Source: an uncultured Clostridium sp. (GTDB taxonomy: Bacteria > Bacillota > Clostridia > Christensenellales > CAG-138). Taken from it: a DNA stretch of 64,000 bases. The stretch lies in assembly GCA_900542285.1 (NCBI GenBank), contig UQNF01000001.1:72663-136662 (forward strand), written 5' to 3'. Made by a program: the position numbers and the translations under genes. Shown piece by piece: positions 48,379-56,890 of this stretch. The notes below the pieces were generated by a model, which worked only from the letters and a program-made list of their open reading frames with translations, searched no databases and was not told the DNA's origin. Position 1 is the first letter of the stretch. Each line of letters begins with the position of its first letter.

Positions 48379-49744
48379 ACATGATTATTGCACCTGCAAC
48401 CGCAGCGTTCAACGAATCGATATGACCCTTGAGAGGCACGGAAACGAGGAAGTCACACTTTTCCTTGACGAGCTTACTCAGTCCGCTGCCCTCGCTGCCG
48501 ATAACGAGTGCAAATCCACCCTTCATATCGACATCGTACATTGGCCTGCCATCCATATCCGCGCCTGCTATCCAAAGTCCCTTTTCCTTAAGGGTGTCGA
48601 CAGCATTGGAAAGATTGACAACCCGTGCAATGCGCATATGCTCAGCCGCGCCTGCGCTTGTCTTCACGACAGCGGCGGTAACGGAAGCCGAACGGCGCTT
48701 GGTTATCACAACGCCGTGTGCGCCGGCGCACTCTGCGCTCCTAATGATCGAGCCAAGATTGTGCGGATCTTCTATGCCGTCAAGCAGAACGACAAAGGGC
48801 TTCTCGCCGCGCACCTCAGCGTATTCCAAAATATCCGCAAGCTCCGCATATTCAACGCCCGGGATCTCGGCAACGATTCCCTGATGGTTGCCGCTTTTGC
48901 CGTTATGACCGAAAGGCATGCATATCTCATCCAGCTTTGTGCGCTCGACCTCACGGATAACGAGGTTAGCTTCATGTGCAAGCGTAACGATCTCGCCAAG
49001 CGAACCGTCATGCTCCTTCACCACAAGTATTCTGTCGATGCTTCTTCCGCTCTTAATGGCTTCCTTGACCGGATTTCTTCCCATTATGATGTTAGGAAGC
49101 TCCATCTCCGTATTTTCAGCATTGACTATCTCAGCGGATGCGGGACGCGCTGCTTCATCATCCGTCCTGTGCACAAAGCGATCATCAGGCCTATAGCCTC
49201 CGTGCTGACGATCTCTGCCGTCGCCGGGATTTCTGTCATATGAACGCTCGCCATACCGTCGGTCGCTGCTGTGCCGCTTGTCATATGGTCTGTCGGATCC
49301 CCTTCCGGGTTTCCTGTCATAGGAACGTTCACCGTAACTGCGGCTGCCGTTATCCCTGAAGTCCCTGTCAAAGGAACGCTCATCATACTGACGTTCGGAA
49401 TACTGATGAGCCTCTTCCCTGCCGGGCTTCCTGTCGTATGAACGCTCGCCGTACCTGCGGCCGGCATTATCTCTGAAGTTCCTGTCATTGGAACGCTCGC
49501 CGTACCTGCGGTCTGAGAAGGAGCGGTCATCTCCTCTGCCGGGCCTTCTGTCATAGTAGCGTTCACCAAATCGGCGGTCGGCATTATCCCTTTGGTTTCT
49601 GTCAAATGTACGCCCATCGGACCGGCGGTCACCATTGCCCCTTGGGTTTCTGTCAAAGGATTGGCCGCCGTTTCTGCGCGGCTTTCGATCATATCCTCCG
49701 TTATTCCTGCCGTTATCCTGTCTTCTGTCTCCGTTGTAGTCCAT
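48347..49744 (-). CDS. rlmB: 23S rRNA (guanosine-2'-O)-methyltransferase RlmB (SpoU/TrmH family) with a ~200-aa Arg/Asp/Tyr-rich repeat extension
   Basis: The C-terminal 250 aa hold the SpoU substrate-binding and methylase domains (GRNPVKEAI; VVLLDGIEDPHNLGSIIRSAECAGAHGVVI; IPLKGHIDSLNAAVAGAIIMFE). Synteny is mrnC-rlmB-sigH. Confidence 0.85.
   Translation of the reverse strand: MDYNGDRRQDNGRNNGGYDRKPRRNGGQSFDRNPRGNGDRRSDGRTFDRNQRDNADRRFGERYYDRRPGRGDDRSFSDRRYGERSNDRNFRDNAGRRYGERSYDRKPGREEAHQYSERQYDERSFDRDFRDNGSRSYGERSYDRKPGRGSDRPYDKRHSSDRRYGERSYDRNPGDGRDRQHGGYRPDDRFVHRTDDEAARPASAEIVNAENTEMELPNIIMGRNPVKEAIKSGRSIDRILVVKEHDGSLGEIVTLAHEANLVIREVERTKLDEICMPFGHNGKSGNHQGIVAEIPGVEYAELADILEYAEVRGEKPFVVLLDGIEDPHNLGSIIRSAECAGAHGVVITKRRSASVTAAVVKTSAGAAEHMRIARVVNLSNAVDTLKEKGLWIAGADMDGRPMYDVDMKGGFALVIGSEGSGLSKLVKEKCDFLVSVPLKGHIDSLNAAVAGAIIMFEKNRQERGN
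49170..49735 (-). repeat. Degenerate coding tandem repeats (period roughly 38-39 aa) in the rlmB 5' region
   Basis: Recurring RRYGERSYDRKPGR / RSYGERSYDRKPGR / RRYGERSYDRNPGD / RRFGERYYDRRPGR blocks, alternating with DRNFRDNAG / DRDFRDNGS / DRNQRDNAD. Confidence 0.75.
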
Positions 49745-49746
49745 CT

Positions 49747-50274
49747 TTAATCCTCACAATTCATCTTGTTGTTTTCTGTTTCATCATCAACGCTCTTTTC
49801 ATCCGAATACGCTTCTAATCCGCAAAGCATTCTGTTCATAAGGCATCCCAGTCTTTCATCCTTTCCGGAGAGATAGAGGTAGCCGATGAGCGACTCCAAG
49901 CCCGTTGCGTGACGGTAATCAAGGATCTGAGCGTTCTTAGGTACGGTCCCCATGTGTGCGTTGCGGCCGCGTTTGAATATCGCAGACTCCTCCTCGGTGA
50001 GCAACGATTCTATCCTTCTGTAAGCCTCTGCCTGAGCCTTGGCACAAACGAGCTTTGCCGCACGAACATGCAGTCCATGCGCAGGAAGTGTCGTTGTGCT
50101 TACGAGCATAGTGCGAACATACAGGTCATAAACGGTATCGCCGACATAGGCAAGCGCCAGCGGGCTCATCATTTTTGGGTTCTGCGTCCCGTCAATACAC
50201 GCCTCAGCGACCCGTGCAAAAATGCTCGCGCAATTATCCGCATCTGTTGTTTTTTCAGTGTTTGCATACTCCAT
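49747..50274 (-). CDS. mrnC: Mini-ribonuclease 3 (MrnC)
   Basis: MSPLALAYVGDTVYDLYVR (RNase III-like signature) and ...RGRNAHMGTVPKNA...YRHATGLESLIGYLYL. Lies upstream of rlmB as in Bacillus. Confidence 0.85.
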   Translation of the reverse strand: MEYANTEKTTDADNCASIFARVAEACIDGTQNPKMMSPLALAYVGDTVYDLYVRTMLVSTTTLPAHGLHVRAAKLVCAKAQAEAYRRIESLLTEEESAIFKRGRNAHMGTVPKNAQILDYRHATGLESLIGYLYLSGKDERLGCLMNRMLCGLEAYSDEKSVDDETENNKMNCED

Positions 50275-50344
50275 CAGTTTCTATTATACACCAAATCTCC
50301 CTTTTTTCAAGGGGTTATTTGCTTTATTTCATCAATACCATAAA

Positions 50345-50380
50345 AAGTATTGCCGCCTCCGGAATGGCAGGAAGCGGCAG
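50345..50380 (-). terminator. Stem-loop downstream of the NDT/LOG-like gene
   Basis: On the minus strand: GCCGCTTCC-(9 nt)-GGAGGCGGC (one G-U pair), then AATACTTTTTA. Confidence 0.45.
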
Positions 50381-50407
50381 AAAACATAAGTTCAATTATC
50401 GATGTGT

Positions 50408-50839
50408 TCAGTTTTGTCCAAACGATGACATGGAGTCGATCCTATCGGCGTCAAGCCTCTTGATCAGCTCATCAAACGGGCAGCAGATCCTTTCGACGCA
50501 TGGATGGAAGTAGAAAGTGCAGCTGTTCTTATCGGGCTGAAACTCGATGCCGGTTTCACTCCAGACGAGGATACGCTTATTGCTCCTTGAAGCAATAGCG
50601 GCTCCAAGTTCGGTGTGGGTCCCGGCGCCGCCCGGAAGCAGGGCCACGAACAGCTCGGCGTCACGAACCGAACGCACTTCATTAAATGCCACCTCAGCCA
50701 TCTTGGCTTCTCCCTGTGAGCGGATATCTCCGTGTGCAGTCCAATCATAGGTCAATTCGTGCCCATTGCGCGTAAGCACCGCACTAAGCTGCCTTGCCCT
50801 CTCTGCGTTTTCAAGACCTGTTGCAATATAAAACCTCAT
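50408..50839 (-). CDS. Nucleoside 2-deoxyribosyltransferase-superfamily protein (NDT/LOG-like)
   Basis: 143 aa. N-terminal MRFYIATGL Rossmann-like start and LLPGGAGTHTELGAAIA, which matches the PGGxGTxxE pattern of the NDT/LOG/DNPH1 superfamily. Adjacent to tdk. Confidence 0.5.
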   Translation of the reverse strand: MRFYIATGLENAERARQLSAVLTRNGHELTYDWTAHGDIRSQGEAKMAEVAFNEVRSVRDAELFVALLPGGAGTHTELGAAIASRSNKRILVWSETGIEFQPDKNSCTFYFHPCVERICCPFDELIKRLDADRIDSMSSFGQN

Positions 50840-50888
50840 ACACTATTCGCTTCCTTACAAGATTTGAGCCTCGGGTTAGCTATTCCCC

Positions 50889-51458
50889 TCACTCATCGTT
50901 TTTAATCTTTCCCTCCGCCCAATGCTTACGGCAAAGACTTATATACTTATCATCAGCTCCAAGCACGACCTGCTCGCCGACCTTGGTTATGCCGCCCTTT
51001 CCGTCAAGGCGTGCGTTCATAATTGCCTTTTTCCCGCACCAGCATATGGTCTTGATCTCCTCTATGGTGTCGGCAAAAGCCATCAGCCAGTGGCTTCCCT
51101 CAAAGAAATTCCCTTGGAAATCGGTTCGTAATCCATAGCATATCACAGGAACGCCATAATAGTCAACCAGTTCAACAAGCTTCATCACCTGTTCACGAGT
51201 GAGAAACTGTGCTTCATCTACTATGACACAGTCGTATGCTCCCGAATGCAGCTCGTCCCAGTCCAAATCATCGAATAAAACGCATTCATCCTGAAGCCCA
51301 CAGCGTGATCTGACCGTTCGTGCGCCGTCTCGCGTATCGGTCGCAGGCTTTGTCAATAATGCCCTTTGTCCGCGCTCTCCATAGTTGTACTTGACCATGA
51401 TAGCCTGAGCAGTCTTTGAAGAGCTCATTGCGCCGTAACGAAAATAAAGCTTTGCCAT
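50889..51458 (-). CDS. tdk: Thymidine kinase
   Basis: Starts MAKLYFRYGAMSSSKTAQAIMVKYNYGERGQ (E. coli-type Tdk N-terminus and P-loop), with a C-terminal Zn ribbon (CWCGKKA...SLCRKH). The ATG at 51456-51458 was chosen over the longer ORF-track start. Confidence 0.93.
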   Translation of the reverse strand: MAKLYFRYGAMSSSKTAQAIMVKYNYGERGQRALLTKPATDTRDGARTVRSRCGLQDECVLFDDLDWDELHSGAYDCVIVDEAQFLTREQVMKLVELVDYYGVPVICYGLRTDFQGNFFEGSHWLMAFADTIEEIKTICWCGKKAIMNARLDGKGGITKVGEQVVLGADDKYISLCRKHWAEGKIKNDE

Positions 51459-51516
51459 TTCATCCTCACATCCGATTTCCGCCGCAGGACAGCAGAATCT
51501 CACGTTGATCTTCCAT

Positions 51517-51545
51517 ATTATAACACAAATGCGGAGGAATGCCAA
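51517..51545 (-). promoter_or_regulatory. Candidate tdk promoter embedded in the upstream operon's terminator
   Basis: On the minus strand: TTGGCA (51545-51540), 17 nt, TATAAT (51522-51517). Confidence 0.45.
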
Positions 51546-51560
51546 GCCTCCTCCGCATTT
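51527..51560 (-). terminator. Terminator hairpin after the nucleoside ABC transporter operon
   Basis: AAATGCGGAGG-(12 nt)-CCTCCGCATTT, a perfect 11-bp stem followed on the minus strand by GTGTT. Confidence 0.6.
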
Positions 51561-51587
51561 TCGTCAAAAAAGCCTTAAAATCGTTGA

Positions 51588-52553
51588 TTATCTGCTTCCC
51601 TTATCGTAAGGAATGCCCTCAGCCTTGGGTGCACGGGATTTTGCGGACGTGAACGCAAGAACTATCATCGTAGCGACATAGGGCAGGATGTTGTAAACAA
51701 CCTTTGGAATGTTCAGATCATTCAGGAACGGTATCAGCATTATCGAATTCGCAAGCTGTCTCAGGAATGCGAAGAACAGAGCGGCAAAGAATATCCTTAG
51801 CGGCTTCCACTGACCGAAAATCATGACCGCAAGAGCGAGGAAGCCGAAGCCTGCAACTCCGGTATGACCGTTGCAGTTGCCATTCATGACGCCTACAGCG
51901 TATGCAAAGCCTCCGAGACCGCCAAGCACGCCGGAAATGGTGACGCCTGCATATCTCATCCTATATACATTGATACCTACGGAATCCGCAGCCTGAGGAT
52001 GTTCACCGCAGGCACGAAGCCTAAGTCCGAACCTGGTCTTGTACAGAACGATCTGGGCAATTACAAGTATCACTATGCCGATATAGACCGTCAGGTATGT
52101 CTTTTGGAAGAACAGTTCACCTATCACCGGGATCTTTCCCAGTACGGGTATGCTCTGAATGTAGAAATTGGTTGAAGTGGTGATGCCGTCGCTCATGAAG
52201 AACATCTTGCTGATGAGGAGCACCATTGCCGGAATAAGAAGGTTCATCGCGGTACCCACGATAGTCTGGTCAGCCTTCATATTGACTGCGGCGAACGCAA
52301 GTGCCAACGAATAGATCGCTCCGGCAATAGCGGCAACGAGCAGAGCTATCAGCAGGATTACCTGTGCATTCATGCCTGTCGGCCCCAGGTAGTAGGTGAT
52401 AAGGCAGCCGAAGAATGCGCCAAAGAGCATGATACCTTCGAGTGCGAGGTTGATAACGCCGCTGCGCTCAGCAAACATGCCGCCCAGCGCAGTCAGGAGC
52501 AGCGGTATTGCGACCGGAAGAGTGTTTTGAACAAGGAAATATACAACGTCCAT
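51588..52553 (-). CDS. ABC transporter permease (BMP/nucleoside uptake family, NupQ/RnsD-like)
   Basis: 321 aa with about 9 TM helices. Part of an operon with a second permease, a fused double ATPase and a BMP lipoprotein. Confidence 0.85.
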   Translation of the reverse strand: MDVVYFLVQNTLPVAIPLLLTALGGMFAERSGVINLALEGIMLFGAFFGCLITYYLGPTGMNAQVILLIALLVAAIAGAIYSLALAFAAVNMKADQTIVGTAMNLLIPAMVLLISKMFFMSDGITTSTNFYIQSIPVLGKIPVIGELFFQKTYLTVYIGIVILVIAQIVLYKTRFGLRLRACGEHPQAADSVGINVYRMRYAGVTISGVLGGLGGFAYAVGVMNGNCNGHTGVAGFGFLALAVMIFGQWKPLRIFFAALFFAFLRQLANSIMLIPFLNDLNIPKVVYNILPYVATMIVLAFTSAKSRAPKAEGIPYDKGSR

Positions 52554-53719
52554 TATTCATTTCCCTCCTTTATTACGCTCTCGAGTATTGTTTCGTTATC
52601 AGCGCTCGGACCGGGTACTTCGGGGATCACGGACGCCGGAGACGGGGTTTTTCCTCCCCTTTTCCTGCGCCGCTTTCCGGCTACAAATTCACGCACGACC
52701 ATAGCGAATGCTGAGAAATAGATGATAAACGCAAGCATTACATCGATTATCTCGGGCTTGTATGCAACCGCAGCCGTACCGCCCCTCTGAATGAAGGATA
52801 CGAAGATAGCCGAGAATACTATACCTATCGGGTGAGAACAGCCAAGCAATGCGACCGCTATGCCGTTAAATCCCTCGTTTCTTATTACATTAATGGGCTC
52901 ATACGTTACGCTCGAACCTTCCACCATCGAAGGCGCAAGGATGTACAGTGCTCCGCCCAGCCCGGCAAGCGCGCCTGCTATCATCATGGTAAGAATGATG
53001 TTGCGCTTGCTGTTCATGCCTGCATACTTTGCAGCGTCCTTGTTGAAGCCGGTTGCGCGAAGCTCGTAGCCGAAGGTCGTCTTCATAAGAACTATGAACA
53101 GGATCACTGCCAGCACTATTGCAATGATGGTACCGATATTAAGGTTGGTATTGCCGGGAGACAGCGAAGGAAGCTGAGCTGTCTTGGGAAGGTACTGTGT
53201 CCTCGCTTTGACAGCGATGTACATTGTGGAGTTGTTGCTGATTATGTAGTCCACCACATACATGCCGATGTAGTTGAACATGATGGAGGTTATGACCTCG
53301 TTGATATTCAATAATGCCTTGAATATGCCGGGTATGGCGCCCCACAGCGCACCGCCGACTATTGCCGCAAGACAAGCCACTATCCAGCTCCATGGTGCCG
53401 GCATAGGAACCAGGAAAGAAATGATAAGAGCAAAGAAAATGCCCATGGTGAACTGTCCTGATGCGCCAATGTTGAACAGGCCCATGCGGTAGGAGAAGCC
53501 AACGGAAAGACCTGTCATGATGATGGGGGTCGCATAGTAGAGAACATCGCTCATCTTTGAGAAACCCCTCGTCAGCACGGTCGCAAATCCGTTGAATGCG
53601 TTGGCAGGCGATGCCGCCAGCATTACTATAAAACCGAAGATGAGACCTATAGCTATTGCAACGAGCGATGGAACTATGCTCAGCAGAAAGGGCTTGATTT
53701 TTTTGGTCCAAAGGTTCAT
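52553..53719 (-). CDS. ABC transporter permease (NupP/RnsC-like)
   Basis: 388 aa polytopic protein with 1-nt and 4-nt overlaps to its neighbours. Has a basic C-terminal tail. Confidence 0.85.
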   Translation of the reverse strand: MNLWTKKIKPFLLSIVPSLVAIAIGLIFGFIVMLAASPANAFNGFATVLTRGFSKMSDVLYYATPIIMTGLSVGFSYRMGLFNIGASGQFTMGIFFALIISFLVPMPAPWSWIVACLAAIVGGALWGAIPGIFKALLNINEVITSIMFNYIGMYVVDYIISNNSTMYIAVKARTQYLPKTAQLPSLSPGNTNLNIGTIIAIVLAVILFIVLMKTTFGYELRATGFNKDAAKYAGMNSKRNIILTMMIAGALAGLGGALYILAPSMVEGSSVTYEPINVIRNEGFNGIAVALLGCSHPIGIVFSAIFVSFIQRGGTAAVAYKPEIIDVMLAFIIYFSAFAMVVREFVAGKRRRKRGGKTPSPASVIPEVPGPSADNETILESVIKEGNE

Positions 53720-55263
53720 GCTTCAGCCTCCTGTCTTATTTTGTCACGCTTGCTTCCTGCCATGTAAAGACCTACCTCCTTGACATCGGTGGTCGCAGGA
53801 TCGAGTTCGCCAACGATTTCTCCGCCGTGCATGACAAGGATCCTGTCAGCCAGATTCATTACCTCATCAAGCTCGAACGATACAAGAAGTACCGCCTTTC
53901 CCTCATCGCGTTCACGGACAATGCATTTGTGAATGTACTCTATCGCTCCAACGTCAAGGCCCCTGGTGGGCTGGACGGCAACGAGAAGATCATGCTCTCT
54001 GTCCATCTCTCTCGCGACGATGGCCTTCTGCTGGTTTCCTCCGGACATGCTGCGCGCGATGGACGCCGAACCTTCTCCACTTCTAACATCAAACTTCTGA
54101 ATAAGCTCGTCCGAGTACTCAAGTATCTGCCTGCTGCGTATAAAGCCTCCCCTTTCGAATTCGGGCTGCCAATAGCGCTGAAGTACCATGTTGTTTGCAA
54201 GAGTAAAATCGAGTACCAAGCCGTGCTTATGCCTGTCCTCCGGAATATGGCTCATGCCAAGCTTGCTGCGCTTTCTGATCGGAGCGCGTGTAATATCGCA
54301 TCCGGAAAGCTTTATGCTCCCGGCGCTCGGCTTTTCAAGTCCGGTAATTGCCGAAACAAGCTCCGATTGGCCGTTGCCGTCAATACCGGCGATACAAACG
54401 ATCTCGCCTGCATGAACATCGAATGAAACGCCGTTTACTGCGCTCTTACCCTTATGCACCTTTGATGGGACCGAAACTCCACGCAGCTTCAGGACTGTGT
54501 CGCCGACATGCGCTTCACCCTTATCGACCTTGAGCTGTACATCTCTGCCGACCATCATTCGGCTGAGCTCCTCCGGCGAAGTATCCTTAACATCGACCGT
54601 ACCAACGCATTTGCCCTTTCTGAGAACAGTACAGCGGTCAGCCACCTGCATTATCTCGTTCAGCTTGTGCGAAATAAACAGGATGGATTTTCCTTCTCTG
54701 GCGAATGAACGAATGATCTCCATAAGCTCCGCTATCTCCTGCGGAGTAAGAACAGCAGTAGGTTCATCAAAGATCAGAACCTCGTTATCGCGATAGAGCA
54801 TCTTTAGGATCTCGGTGCGCTGCTGCATACCGACCGAAATATCCTCGATATAGGCATCAGGATCGATATGAAGTCCGTATCTTTCGCTGAGCTCCATCAC
54901 CTTTTCCCTTGCTTCATCTATTCTGAGGAAACCGCACTTATTTGGCTCAACGCCCAGAATAATGTTCTGCAATACCGTAAAGCACTCAACCAGCTTAAAG
55001 TGCTGATGTACCATACCTATCCCGAGCGCAGTTGCGTCGTTCGGATCGTGAATGGTAACCGGCTGCCCGTTCATTCGGATCTCACCCTTTTCGGGGTTGT
55101 ACAATCCGAACAGCACGCTCATAAGCGTACTCTTGCCGGCTCCGTTCTCACCCAGAAGTGCATGGATCTCGCCCTTGCGGAGGGTCAGGGTAATGTCGTC
55201 ATTTGCGACGATACCCGGAAATTCTTTTGTGATGTGGAGCATTTCTATGATATTGTTTTCCAC
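53716..55263 (-). CDS. ABC transporter ATP-binding protein with two fused ATPase domains (NupO/RnsB-like)
   Basis: Walker A GENGAGKST and GIDGNGQSE, plus signature-type motifs VGMQQRTEIL and SGGNQQK. The GTG at 55261-55263 follows GGAAGGTG; the ORF-track ATG at 55293 lies inside a hairpin. Confidence 0.9.
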   Translation of the reverse strand: MENNIIEMLHITKEFPGIVANDDITLTLRKGEIHALLGENGAGKSTLMSVLFGLYNPEKGEIRMNGQPVTIHDPNDATALGIGMVHQHFKLVECFTVLQNIILGVEPNKCGFLRIDEAREKVMELSERYGLHIDPDAYIEDISVGMQQRTEILKMLYRDNEVLIFDEPTAVLTPQEIAELMEIIRSFAREGKSILFISHKLNEIMQVADRCTVLRKGKCVGTVDVKDTSPEELSRMMVGRDVQLKVDKGEAHVGDTVLKLRGVSVPSKVHKGKSAVNGVSFDVHAGEIVCIAGIDGNGQSELVSAITGLEKPSAGSIKLSGCDITRAPIRKRSKLGMSHIPEDRHKHGLVLDFTLANNMVLQRYWQPEFERGGFIRSRQILEYSDELIQKFDVRSGEGSASIARSMSGGNQQKAIVAREMDREHDLLVAVQPTRGLDVGAIEYIHKCIVRERDEGKAVLLVSFELDEVMNLADRILVMHGGEIVGELDPATTDVKEVGLYMAGSKRDKIRQEAEA

Positions 55264-55289
55264 GCCGCACCTTCCTTTTCTGCATAAAT

Positions 55290-55338
55290 GCATTTATTAG
55301 CTGATAACACGATGCCCATGTGATCAGCTAATAAATGC
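55290..55338 (-). promoter_or_regulatory. Perfect 16-bp intercistronic stem-loop between the binding-protein and ATPase genes
   Basis: GCATTTATTAGCTGAT-(17 nt)-ATCAGCTAATAAATGC. Two more hairpins follow at about 55363-55380 and 55440-55461 (GGGGAAGGG-TTGC-CCCTTCCCC). Confidence 0.5.
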
Positions 55339-55490
55339 TGCAAAGGGTTCTAATTAAACTAAAAGCTTTCGCAAGCGAAAGCAAACCATGGCAGCATATA
55401 CCGGGGGTGAGCTCCATTTCTCATATAGATAACAGCTTTGGGGAAGGGTTGCCCCTTCCCCTTATTTCCGCAAAAGCGGACAAAATTCAA

Positions 55491-56624
55491 TTACTGAACA
55501 CACTCAACCGAGGTGATGGTGAGGTTAAGTCCGGTGGTGAGCTCTTCTGCGGTTGCATAACCGTCAGCATTGGCAACGGTGATGGTCCTGATGGGAGCAA
55601 TCTCGCCGTTTGCAAGCTTTGCAAAGAGAGTGTCATAAGCTGCCTTGTCAAAGGTGTTGAACCTGTCGAATGCATTGCCGTTTGCATCGCCGATAACGGT
55701 GGTGGGCAGGCCTACGCCGTCGTTGGAAGCGTTGAAGTAGGTGGTCTTTGCGCCGTACTTGTCGAAGTCATTGGTCTCATAGATGGACTTGAGAACTGCC
55801 TGTACGGAAGGAGCAAGGCCCTTGGTCGCGGAGGTGATGACGGTCTCGCTGTCGTACCTCTGGTCAACGTCAACGCCGATTACCTTCTTGCCTGCCTCAG
55901 CAGCTGCTGCCATGACGGACTTGCCTACGCTGCCGCCGCATGCGAAGATAACTTCGATGCCGGACTGATACATAGCTGCTGCGGTTGCCTTGTTCTGGTC
56001 GGTCTCAGCGAAGTCACCGGTGTAATGATACTTAACGGTGATGTCGCCTGCTGCAAGGCCGAGCTCAGCGGCTGCTGCCTCGATGCCCTGGAGATAGCCA
56101 TAGCCGAATGCCTGAACTGCGGGAACTGCCATGCCGCCCATGAAGCCGAGCGCACGATAGCCGTCCTTGACTGCCGCATAGCCTGCGAGATAGCCGGACT
56201 GCTCCTCAGCATACATGATGGAAGCGGTGTTGGCCTTGGTCTCGTAGGTTGCATAGTCTGCAGTATGGGGAGTACCATCAAGAATGATGAACTTTACTTC
56301 GGGATACCTGGTCTGTGCTTCGAATACGGACGGTTCGAAGAGGAAACCGGGGCATACAACAACCTTAGCACCGGACTCTACTGCGAGGTCGATAGCTGCG
56401 AGGTATGCTTCATCGGTTGCATCTTCGGGCTTATAGTACTTATGGGAGATCTTGTTAGCTTCGGCATAAGCTACAACGCCTTCCCAAGCGCCCTGATTGA
56501 AGCTCTTGTCATCGATGTTGCCCTTATCGGTGATGAGGGCGATCTCATAGGTGCTGGTTCCGCATGCGAAAGCAAAGGGAACGAGCATGAGTGCTGCCAG
56601 CAGAACTGCGAGCAATTTTTTCAT
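55491..56624 (-). CDS. BMP-family (PnrA/TmpC/NupN-like) nucleoside-binding lipoprotein
   Basis: Signal peptide with lipobox FAFAC, followed by YEIALITDKGNIDDKSFNQGAWEGV, which is typical of BMP-family binding proteins. Confidence 0.9.
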   Translation of the reverse strand: MKKLLAVLLAALMLVPFAFACGTSTYEIALITDKGNIDDKSFNQGAWEGVVAYAEANKISHKYYKPEDATDEAYLAAIDLAVESGAKVVVCPGFLFEPSVFEAQTRYPEVKFIILDGTPHTADYATYETKANTASIMYAEEQSGYLAGYAAVKDGYRALGFMGGMAVPAVQAFGYGYLQGIEAAAAELGLAAGDITVKYHYTGDFAETDQNKATAAAMYQSGIEVIFACGGSVGKSVMAAAAEAGKKVIGVDVDQRYDSETVITSATKGLAPSVQAVLKSIYETNDFDKYGAKTTYFNASNDGVGLPTTVIGDANGNAFDRFNTFDKAAYDTLFAKLANGEIAPIRTITVANADGYATAEELTTGLNLTITSVECVQ

Positions 56625-56807
56625 TTGTATTATCCTCCTGGTAATATTGTTGGATCATCTCCAACCATTCGCGGCTATTATACCAAATAACGCGCCAAAA
56701 TGGAAGTCCTTTTTAATAATTTTGCCAACTATCGGCCATAATTCGTTATAATGCCGCTTTTTTGCTTCCCACGGCTGGATTTCTGAGGCAACGAATCAAA
56801 AACTTTA

Positions 56808-56836
56808 TTGCAAAATTCGCTGTTTTCGCTTATAAT
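56808..56836 (+). promoter_or_regulatory. Near-consensus sigma-A promoter of the DUF5685/J-domain operon
   Basis: TTGCAA (56808-56813), 17 nt, TATAAT (56831-56836). Confidence 0.55.
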
Positions 56837-56890
56837 CGAGTTATAATGTACGGTGGATCTGCACATTAATCTACTGACGGAGGCTCTTCA

